A stretch of 20,000 nt of DNA, taken from Halocafeteria seosinensis. Taxonomy: Eukaryota. Of the stretch, positions 11,801 through 20,000 are shown in pieces. The number at the start of each line of letters is the position of its first letter. The stretch's first letter is position 1. Both the position numbers and the translations under genes were made by a program. The stretch spans positions 59,628 to 79,627 of the forward strand of contig LVLI01000165.1 in NCBI GenBank assembly GCA_001687465.1, read 5' to 3'. The notes below the pieces were generated by a model. It saw nothing but the letters and a program-made list of their open reading frames with translations, did not search any database and had not been told where the DNA came from.

Positions 11801-12110
11801 TCTGACTACCTCTTGCGGACGCCGGACTCCTTGGATAATTCGTAAATGAGCCAAATGGCTGGTCCAAAAGAGAGGCAGGCAAGTTTTTAGAACCCGATTT
11901 TCCGTGATTATGTTTCCCTGGCGATTTCTTCGGGGACCCTTTCCTTCCCTGCGGAAGTGCCGAGGACCCATGAAGGTTTTCGGAGCTGTATGGACGAGGT
12001 AGACCACGAGATGAGTGGTAAACACTGTGTTTTCCTCGATTTAAATCCCCTTCTTCATGGCTGTGAGCTCGAGAAAGGCTTCGTGGAGGCGGGGAAGACG
12101 ATTTTCGCAT
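5887..12110 (-). CDS. ~2046-aa protein with a CG-1 (CAMTA-type) domain, degenerate IQ motif and split C2 domain
   Basis: Exon 12110-10964 and exon 10880-5887 are joined by an 83-nt intron (GTAAGT...TTTGCAG), which merges two ORF-track entries in frame. CG-1 motifs: AREQWLSLESIAYFL, PDSGSLFI, WRQDGHTY, LQRRAYCL, IWLVQYL. IQ-like motif: LLALLRGHQIR. C2 motifs: LVLEIVQARNL, TLNPEW, FEIQDSDRFTKDTFLG, WVPL, GELFLRY. Confidence 0.9.
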
Positions 12111-12225
12111 CGTTCAGCTATTGCTTCCAGTGATGAGGCACACAATGGGGATACTTATACTCGCCCCTCATCATCATAAACCATGCGTAGACCTCTCTAA
12201 TGGCCATTTAAAAGGGGATAAACGG

Positions 12226-12245
12226 TCGGCCCGGATCCGGGCCGA
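12226..12245. promoter_or_regulatory. Perfect 20-bp palindrome in a divergent intergenic region
   Basis: TCGGCCCGGATCCGGGCCGA is its own reverse complement. A further GCCCGGAT copy lies at 12248-12255. The regulatory role is inferred from position only. Confidence 0.45.
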
Positions 12246-12419
12246 GCGCCCGGATGGCGTCCTGGTTTTCTGGTCTGCTGTATGGTACACTGCATATGCA
12301 AATACGATGAATAGTGGTCAAAATATGCGCAAAATTGATGTGTATCTAGCCGGTAGTGGTACTTGAATGAATATAGCTTTTGTGATTGCTATGAAATCGA
12401 GTATGGCGTGTTTGTGAAG

Positions 12420-13796
12420 ATGCCATCGTCGAAGCTTTCTTCGTATGAATATGCGCAGTATTGCGTGTATCAGGGTCTTTGCCAACGGAGTACGGGTCAC
12501 TCTCGACCATTTTTCGTGCCCATCTGGGCGCATGCCCCAGAGGAGGATTTAGAGACTGTCTTACAGCACTCATGGCACCGTCGACTGAGCCCCGCTGACC
12601 ACGATTTCCCTTGTTTTATTCAAGAACGCGATGATGGGACTTTTCCACCGATTGTATTCATCGAGATTGATGGAGTCCAACAGTTAGAACGGCTGGAACA
12701 AGCGTCGGGCCAATCGGGAGAGGATGTCGACATGGAACCAAGTCGATTCCTAGTCGTCAGTACAGTAATCTTTTCAAAGAATCTCTTTATTCATGCCATG
12801 CTGTCCAAAGACACGAATATGAAGGACGTCATTCGTTTCCCCGCCCGTCAGGAGCATGATGCAAGCAGTAGTGGTGCCCATCAGGCGATTTCTTCTTCCG
12901 CATCCTCTTTGAGTCAGGAGAGCTTTACGGTCGACCTAGCACACCTCGAGTACGAGAAAACATTTACAGTACGAATCCCCGTCCGGGAGACGTTGGTCAA
13001 GAAGACACATCTTCAGGAAGTGTCCAATGCTCGTAATAAAGGCCCGAATCAAGAGCATCAAAGTTTGTCGGACACGGCGAAACAACTGCTAGCAATGGAG
13101 AAACTCATTGCGCAGACAGTGCGCTCAAGAGTTTTCTTCCCGATCCTTGAATACCGAGGTGCAATCGTGCCTACCTTATCGGGTGTCGGAAACGACCTCC
13201 AAATGCATGTTTTAAGTTTTTTAACGATTAAGGACCTTTGCACAGTGGCTTGTGTGTGTAAACAGCTTCGGATGTCCGTCAACTCCGAGGACATTTGGTC
13301 AGCAAAGAAGAATGAATTGGAACAGTATGGTCTCCCTCGACAAGGTTTCTCGAGTGGGCAAAACAACAGTACTGGAAGGCAAATTCCAATTAAAGAGTCC
13401 TGGGTGCAGCCTCGGAAGGAGTGCGCAATGGAATTGAACAAGAAAAGAAGGAAAGACCCTACACAGGTGGCCTGGGAGGAAGGACTTCGAGGAAGTGAAT
13501 ACCACCGTCAACAGCGGGGACCGCTTGAGGGATTTCAGCCGCAGTTCGAGCCCATCTACGGACCGTATCCTCATCAACCAGGGCAAGGAACAGGGCCATT
13601 GCCTCATGTTGAAGGTCGTGGAGGAGGCTTGCTTGTCGGAGGCCCCAGAGGTGCAATGCCTGATGACGATCTTTTCCTGCGTGGAGGACAAGGACGAGGG
13701 AGAGGGCGGCGAGGAAGAGGTGGTGGCGGCGGAGGGATGTTTGGGCGTGGAGGCGGAGGTGGCATGTTTGGTTTTGGTGGAGATGAGTTTATTTAA
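12420..13796 (+). CDS. F-box protein, FBXO7/SKIP22-like, with a Pro- and RGG-rich tail (~458 aa)
   Basis: First in-frame ATG is at 12420 (start uncertain). F-box: LSGVGNDLQMHVLSFLTIKDLCTVACVCKQLRMSVNSEDIW. The preceding FLVVSTVIFSKNLFIHAML...VRSRVFFPIL resembles the FP (Fbxo7/PI31) domain. The C-terminus has Pro-rich, RG/RGG and GMFG repeats. Confidence 0.85.
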   Translation: MPSSKLSSYEYAQYCVYQGLCQRSTGHSRPFFVPIWAHAPEEDLETVLQHSWHRRLSPADHDFPCFIQERDDGTFPPIVFIEIDGVQQLERLEQASGQSGEDVDMEPSRFLVVSTVIFSKNLFIHAMLSKDTNMKDVIRFPARQEHDASSSGAHQAISSSASSLSQESFTVDLAHLEYEKTFTVRIPVRETLVKKTHLQEVSNARNKGPNQEHQSLSDTAKQLLAMEKLIAQTVRSRVFFPILEYRGAIVPTLSGVGNDLQMHVLSFLTIKDLCTVACVCKQLRMSVNSEDIWSAKKNELEQYGLPRQGFSSGQNNSTGRQIPIKESWVQPRKECAMELNKKRRKDPTQVAWEEGLRGSEYHRQQRGPLEGFQPQFEPIYGPYPHQPGQGTGPLPHVEGRGGGLLVGGPRGAMPDDDLFLRGGQGRGRGRRGRGGGGGGMFGRGGGGGMFGFGGDEFI

Positions 13797-13848
13797 TCAC
13801 TTGTAGCATCCACTATCGACGACCCGTTTCGCCATACTAGATGTATCT

Positions 13849-15427
13849 TTATTCTCTAAGTATGGGCATTACAATAAACTCATTACCCTCATTTTGTTCA
13901 CAAATGTTGCCAGCTACTTGGCAAGCTGTAGTGTATGTGGTGGTCGGTGTCACGAAACCAATACTGAGACGACTCTCCTTCTCATCAAATGTATGGTTGA
14001 CGACTGTCACCGACAATGCCTTATTACAGTGCTGGACTCCACAGCTATGCTCAAGGCCTTCCTTGGCCAGTTCCACTGTACGGTTCTTCAGGGCATCAAT
14101 CCGATCCTTCGAACAATTCGTCCAAGATACTCGAACAAAAAATTCACTAGTTATTGACTCCTCCATAGCTCCTGCAGATCCTCTTGGGGATTCGATCGTA
14201 ACAGGGTTCGACGGTGCCCAACCCATTGAGCACTGAATAACATCAGCAACTACACTATTAGACGTTGGCCATCTACCAGCCCCCGGGCCAGTCAGAGCCG
14301 TACTGCCCAAATACCTACTATCTATCTTTATCATATTTTGAACACCCTGGACGGCTGCTAGTGGGTGTGATTTCTCCACCACGGTGGGAGCCACGTACAC
14401 AGATATTTTGTCGGACGGCTCCAGTGCAAAAATACTTTCGTCATTAAAGTTGCTAGCATCATCGTCAACATCAGGAAAGGAGTTTGGCCGCTCTGCTACA
14501 GCGACTAGCCTGACCGTCGCTGACCCCAGACTAGTAAATCCTTCCGAGAGAATTTTGAAATCATCAGCTCCTACGGAAGTGATTCCAATTGTTGGAACCG
14601 AATGTTGCACATCTGGAACCGTTTTCCCGAATGCAAGTTTGGCAAGGATTACGATCTTGGCGCGAGCGTCAAATCCTTCTACGTCTGCCGTGGGGTCAGC
14701 TTCCGCATAACCCTTTTCCTGCGCTTCTTTGACGAGAGCCTCACATGAGACTTCGCCCGCGTAAGTGGGGTCATTGAGCCGCTTCTCCATTTCGGTCAAA
14801 ATATAATTAGTCGTCCCGTTCAGAATACCAGAAACTCGATGAATAACATCTAACTGAACAGAGTGTTGCATAGCACGAATTACAGGGACACCTCCTGCCA
14901 CTGCTGCCTCGAAACAGAACCGTGGGGACGTCAACTCCTTCTCCTGAACCCTCGTCCGAAACTCGTGGAGTAGTTCATCCATGTGTTCAGCAACTAGGAC
15001 TTTATTCGCCGTCACCACGTCTTTGTTTCGGCGAGCCGCTTCCAGTACAACTTCCTTCGCTTCTTCTGTTCCCCCCATCGCCTCAATAACGATACTGATG
15101 TCGTTGTCGTTTAGTATTTCGTAGATGTCGTCCGTAAACTTTGCTTCTTGTGAAGGGTCATCTCCCGCAATTCCCACTGTCGTAAAGTCTCTCTTTTTAT
15201 GAGGATTCCGACAGCATATCGTTTTCACCCGTAGATCAATCCCCAGCGCGTGGCATCGTGCTCTCTGAGCTCGCAGCTGGCCAATGACACCTGCATACAG
15301 GAGCCTTAAGAGCTTACAGAACACCAGTTGTTCTTTGAAAAAAAGACGGTTAGAGCTTACCTCCTGCCACAACACCGGCTCCGTAGAGCCCAATGTATTT
15401 TACTGTATACTGCTTCTTGTCACTCAT
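13849..15427 (-). CDS. hom: Monofunctional homoserine dehydrogenase with an ACT-like C-terminal domain (~502 aa)
   Basis: Exon 15427-15361 and exon 15290-13849 are joined by a 70-nt intron (GTAAGC...TGCAG). Splicing restores the Rossmann motif IGLYGAGVVAGGV. Other motifs: IEAMGG, VVTANK, FEAAVAGGVP, GILNGTTNYIL, AQEKGYAEADPTADVEGFDARAK, GPGAG.PT. Confidence 0.96.
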
Positions 15428-15854
15428 TCCTTCTCTGGTTCAACTAGCTTCTATCAAAGGACAAACTACCAACCCAGCTGTGTGTGTACGAAGCAGCAAT
15501 TTTTTGACCAATGAATAAGTTGAAGTTTTGGTGAAGTCTAAACACTCAATGTTGGCTACAGGGCAATAGCGGTGTCGGACAATGTATTTGTCTACTCTGA
15601 AAAAGTTTTAGTTACTTTCTCTTCTTGAGTGGTGCTGTAGCGTTACTACCAGGGTATGCTTGCCTTAAACAAGTTAAGTCAACTCACAACTGCCGACACA
15701 CAACTTCACAAAAGTACTTCGAAGTTCTAACATGACAAATTGACGTAGTTGTATCATACATATGTTCAACCCTCAATCTATTGTTAGTGACTTACTCTAT
15801 TTCCATCGCTGAAGGATACTGATCCTTCTCAGTCTTGGAAATAGGGGCCCCATG

Positions 15855-16859
15855 CATTCCATTGGTGGAGTCAAGCCAACCTAGCCCAGCAAGGTCGCTT
15901 AAATGAAGCCAAATGCGGCTAGCACTACCCAGTTTCCCGGATTCTTGGTGTGAATGGCTTCCAACGAAGCCAATGTTATTGGCAATACAGTTGTGGAATC
16001 ACACATGGAGCTAATACAACTGTGATAGATGGATCATATTTGTGGTTGAAATGGTTGACTCCGCCCGAAGCAGTCACAAACGATGGTGGATCACATGAAT
16101 GGCGAAGCCCAGTGCCGCAAGGACAATCTCATCCCGCTCTTCGAGAGGGCACGGACTGAATGGTTCCACCTTAAGAACCTCCCAATGGTGAGGAGCGCAG
16201 AGATTAGATTCACAAGTTGACGCCCGTGATTCATACGCAGGGCTTCAAACTCGGCTGCCGACCGCTTGGCTAAGACCGCGTCGAACAACCCAATGGGTAA
16301 TGGTTCCTCTTGCTTAGACTGGCCGCCTAGAACCACGCACACGGTAGATGATGTCGAGAGGTTTATCGACTTCAGGCTCCACGACAAGCGGATCCTCGTC
16401 CACTGGAAGGGCTACCCAGAGGCAGCACGGACGTGGGAACCGATTTCGTGGCTTCAGAAAGACCTTCGCAGCCGCACCTTCTTCGACCTCGAGCAGGAGA
16501 TGTACTTCAATCTGGGCTATGTTGACGAATCTGAGGTGGACGGAACTCCTGCCGAGCCACCTCCCGCGTCAGGTGGTGGCTTGTCATTGGTCACAACTGT
16601 TGCGTCTAGACCAACACTTACTCCTGCCTGCGCTGCTGCAACCGGTCCTGGCGTCGGCGTCGCTGTGGCAGGCTCAGGTTCTTCACCTGCCAGACTGAGC
16701 CTTGACGGTACCCCTGACATCGTGGGCGCAGGCATGGCTCCTCCTCCGATGCCTCCTGAGCAAAGCCAGTGTTGTGTTCCCTCACGGCTCATGTCAGCAA
16801 GGCTGCAGGAACAGCGGGCCCGTCGCTGCTTAACACGGGCGCATACCGCTCCTCGTTAA
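15855..16859 (+). pseudogene. Disrupted RNase HI (archaeal/actinobacterial-like) fused to a chromodomain; likely a retroelement relic or decayed host gene
   Basis: The frame from 16074 reads SQTMVDHMNGEAQCRKDNLIPLFERAR...AEIRF[21-nt insert with 2 stops]IRRASNSAADRLAKTAS. In the same frame follows the chromodomain VERFIDFR...RILVHWKGYPEAARTWEPISWL and a Pro/Ala-rich linker. The 5' boundary is approximate because the N-terminal motifs are heavily decayed. Confidence 0.75.
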
Positions 16860-17549
16860 GAGGATGCGGTCAATTCCCCGGCCGGTGGGCTATCTGTCAC
16901 ATTTGTGTGTGTGTGCCATAACTTATACACTCTACTACTACTTGAACTTGCACCCGCGCCACCTGCAAACAAGTGAAGATACAATTTAAGTTGGTTGAAA
17001 ATTTCTCACTACGATGTTCCCACTTACCAGCTCCCTGCTTTTGCAACCACGCATACAGGGCCCCTCCGATTTCTTCTATAACGTCCATCTCGTCTTCAAC
17101 GTCCTCGCCATCGACAACGGCCTGGTGGTGGTTCTTACTCATTCTATTTCTACACACAGCCTTGAGATCGTCTTTGCTATCAAAAGGGTGTTCGCTTCCC
17201 CTAATTTTCTCCGTGAAGTTATTGTACCATTTACGAGACACCATCAAATATTTATTCTTGATGTAATCGTCCAACCATTCGAGTAGCTGTTTTTTAGGCT
17301 AGAAGACGCAGGTTGATCGGAAGGCGGAGGTTGCCAGCGAGAATACTCTGACCCCTCTCCGTCGGAAGAAACAACGTTTTCTTGTGGTTCCTCTCCGCCT
17401 TTTCTCCGTTGTTGGTTAGCAGGAGCAGGCGCTTCTTCCCTGTCCCTCTTTCTGTGACGAGCACCAGCGTGATTGCCACGAGCAGTTTTATCAGTAGACC
17501 TCGGGTTCCCCTGGCTAGGTTGTTCACCTACTTTCGAATTATCCTCCAT
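16856..17549 (-). pseudogene. Frameshifted, probably truncated hypothetical gene
   Basis: ATG at 17549 (MEDNSK). One extra A in the A6 run at 17290-17295 would join two ORFs into SLKKQLLEWLDDYIKNKYL...LYAWLQKQGA. A clean intron at 17027-16963 (GTAAGT...TTTGCAG) is followed by GGAGASSSSR...DSPPAGELTASS and a stop at 16858-16856. Confidence 0.55.
16860..16915. repeat. Dispersed repeat copy B with (TG)6
   Basis: Homologous to 2476-2512 at 30/37 nt, followed by TCACA and (TG)6 at 16904-16915. Confidence 0.8.
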
Positions 17550-18896
17550 TCTCTTGGTTATGAAGCTCAAACAAGGCGGGGACTTAACGCAAGAAGCCAA
17601 GTATACTACTGCTTACAAGGTACATAATATAATACAGTACAACAGAAAAAAGGCCCTTAGAACGAACAAAACAACGCACTTCTTTAAAGACCCACAATCG
17701 AACTGCAAAACACAATGCCAATAGACTCATAAACTACTAGTATAAGAAGCGACAGGTCCTGTCTGGTGGGACTGCGGCTCCCCTTGGAACCTTTTTGCAG
17801 CTTCGAACTTTGACGCTGTTGCAATCGACCTAGGAATACTGTACATACACATCCACTACGGTATATCAAGTTAAGTTCGTTGAGCGCTTACCGGTACTTC
17901 CTCCAACGTCCGAACGTCGAATACCGGACCAACAGACGGAACGAGTTGTGCTTGATGAGGAATGGAAACAGCACATTGTACCCCAGTACCCGACCGGAGG
18001 GGCCGGAAAGTGACTTTTCAAAGATATGTGTGTGTGTGTCCTTCACACATAAGAATTAGAATTTCAAACAAGTGGGCGTGCAGCGTGGCTACAATTGTAT
18101 CTGTATCTCTAAACTCGAAGCAGCTGGTTTGTTCCCTGGCTGTACTATGAACCAGAGAAAATAAAAGAAGAAATCATTCAAATGTACCGTGAATAAGCCA
18201 TCTTTCCCCAACAAAACATTTCACGTGTGAAGAACCTCATACACGTATGTACCACTCACAAAGAGTCCGAGTGTTGGTGAGCGCAGGGGTAGGCAATGCA
18301 GGAGGGCCCCGGGGAGATCTTCGATGGCGTGAAGACCCCAACTACATTTCCACTTAGCCGGTAGGCCATAAATAATACGTACTACATTTCATACTGTAGT
18401 GCGCCAGAAAGCTTCGATGCAATTCTCGTCACTGTCTCTTGCCACGGACTACAGTCGAAAGACACTTTTTACGTAGTTTGGAGCTGTTAATCAATAACAA
18501 TAGTTGACCCAGTAGCTTTGTCTGTCTTTTATGGTGCATGGATGTAGTCGTGGTTCATTTGAATAGTCAGAGTCAGCCTCCATCAACCAACGATACCAGG
18601 GACCCGGGTACAACGCTATATGACACACTGATGACAAAATTCTGCTCCATGAGACACCAGTACTCGGATCCTAAGTATGTTTTCTCCATGAGAAGTAGCA
18701 AACAATTTTTTTTCGTCTGTGTCGTCTCGCTTTGTGTATGCCAAAGCGCGGTTGGGGGTCTTAGTGTTTTAACTTGAAGATTTTGGGTTTGTTGTTTATA
18801 CAAGCGCCTCTGCTTGTATTTCGGGCCCACAGTCGATGTGGAATCGTGGAATTGTCGATTATCTGTAGTTTCTGCTGAAGAGTGGTCAATGGAATA

Positions 18897-19773
18897 ATGG
18901 CGGCGTCTCATGAGGATCGTAGTGTGCTGTATCTGGCGGTCGCGCGGCGGGATGACCGCTGTCTTTTGGCCTGTCAGACAGCTAAATTGACCGATACCAA
19001 CAGTCCTTTGCTCGAAGACCCCGAATATGATTACAAGGAGAATATTCAAAAGGTCCTATCGTCTCCCGGATGGGCCTCCATCAGCTCGGATAAGCTCTCG
19101 TTGGAGGACAATCAGAGACTGTTCCATCTCATGCTGGATGAAGAGGGACGAGTTTATATCGCCATTACAAGCAAGGCCTACCCTACAAGATTGGTGTACC
19201 CCACAAGCAATGGCAAAACCAGAGGGCTACTAGGAGACCTCGTAGATGAAATTCAGCAAAAATTCTCTGACCTCTCATTGACATGCAAAACCATGGGCCT
19301 TCAAAAACAATGCAAGGCTTCGTTGACCAATCTCTTGAAGAAATACAATGACCTCAAAGCCATGGATAAATTGACACAAGTCCAAGGGAAAGTGGATGAG
19401 GTTAAAGGGGTCGTGCGAGAGTCCGTGGACAAAGCGCTACAGAATACTGATAAAGTGGATGCACTCGATGACAAAACACGTAGGCTTGCCTTGTATCCTT
19501 TGTTTGTGGGTATTCATTGACATATTCTATGCTATCTTGCGAATTTGCAGAGCAATTGCAACAGTCTGCTCATAAATTCCAACAAGGTGGTACGGCTTTA
19601 CGAAGGAAGATGCAAATTCGATATTACAAGGTATGGTGTAGTTCTTGGAGAGCTTTATTACTTTGCACTTTTCTCACTCTCGGTGTATTTTGCAGCTAAT
19701 GTGTATCTTTGGGCTTCTGATTATGGCCGTATTGGCTTACATTATTGTACCTATCATCATCGACAACACGTAA
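18897..19773 (+). CDS. VAMP7: Longin-domain R-SNARE-family protein (VAMP7-like, ~246 aa)
   Basis: Exons 18897-19479, 19551-19630 and 19696-19773, with introns of 71 and 65 nt. Longin domain: VLYLAVAR...VYIAITSKAYPTRL. Synaptobrevin coil: DKLTQVQGKVDEVKGVVRESVDKALQNTDKVDALDDKTQQLQQSAHKF...LRRKM. C-terminal TM: LMCIFGLLIMAVLAYIIVPIII. Confidence 0.92.
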
Positions 19774-20000
19774 ATTATCTTCGCGTGACTTGGTAGATTA
19801 TCGAATAGGCACTTTCTTCCAGAATGCACGATATAACCCCAGAGCACTGCTGCAGAATTCACCCACATGGTATTCATTCTCATTCATACATATATATTTC
19901 TATGTTCTCCTTAGCCATCAACTGTTCGTTCCTTTCTTCTGGGACAACAATTCGTCAGCAGGGCTTAGTCGGAGCAAGTTATCACAATGCTTTTTTTTTT

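Noticed and set aside
15291..15393. ORF-track N-terminus of homoserine dehydrogenase (MGSTEPVLW...)
   Set aside because: It is read-through of an intron from a TTG. The spliced model from ATG 15427 restores the GxGxV motif.
5880..15514. Many 60-170 aa ORFs overlapping the CG-1, F-box and hom genes
   Set aside because: They are antisense or off-frame shadows of long, motif-supported genes and have no recognisable motifs.
16188..16240. Possible intron GTGAGG...CGCAG removing the two RNase H stops
   Set aside because: It is 53 nt, so it would shift the frame away from the ADRLAK motif and the chromodomain, and it would delete conserved residues.
16856..16859. TTAA as a piggyBac target site
   Set aside because: No terminal inverted repeats or transposase remnant are visible next to it.
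15500..17600. Intact LTR retrotransposon (chromovirus)
   Set aside because: No LTR pair, gag, RT (YxDD context) or integrase motifs were seen.
18798..18819. Hairpin ATACAAGC-N6-GCTTGTAT upstream of VAMP7
   Set aside because: An 8-bp stem is expected by chance in 20 kb, and bacterial-type terminators are irrelevant in this eukaryotic context.
18573..19049. 158-aa minus-strand ORF
   Set aside because: It partly shadows VAMP7 on the antisense strand, has a non-ATG start and shows no motif.
19860..20000. Possible last exon of a minus-strand gene and a terminal T10 run
   Set aside because: Too short and truncated by the window edge to support a call.
1..20000. tRNA, rRNA, snRNA genes or a CRISPR array
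   Set aside because: No cloverleaf, conserved RNA motif or regularly spaced direct repeat was seen by eye. A covariance-model scan would be needed to exclude small ncRNAs.

Overview
Gene-dense eukaryotic DNA, probably a protist (a stramenopile-like origin is only a guess). Thirteen short GT-AG introns of 60-97 nt can be placed by hand, and they repair most of the fragmented ORF track. Conserved genes: a PDI/thioredoxin (partial, minus), a 4-TM protein, a DUF962/Mpo1-like protein, a ~2046-aa protein with CG-1 (CAMTA-type), degenerate IQ and split C2 domains, an FBXO7-like F-box protein, a bacterial-type homoserine dehydrogenase, and a longin VAMP7-like SNARE with Asn at the zero layer. Two accessory tracts (~2.1-4.85 kb and ~15.5-18.8 kb) hold decayed genes and share a short homologous segment. 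The strongest lead is a disrupted archaeal/actinobacterial-type RNase HI fused directly to a chromodomain, with no RT or integrase nearby. Also notable are the unusual CG-1/IQ/C2 architecture and a frameshifted header-linker-trypsin-like gene. All family calls rest on motif recognition by eye; no searches were run.
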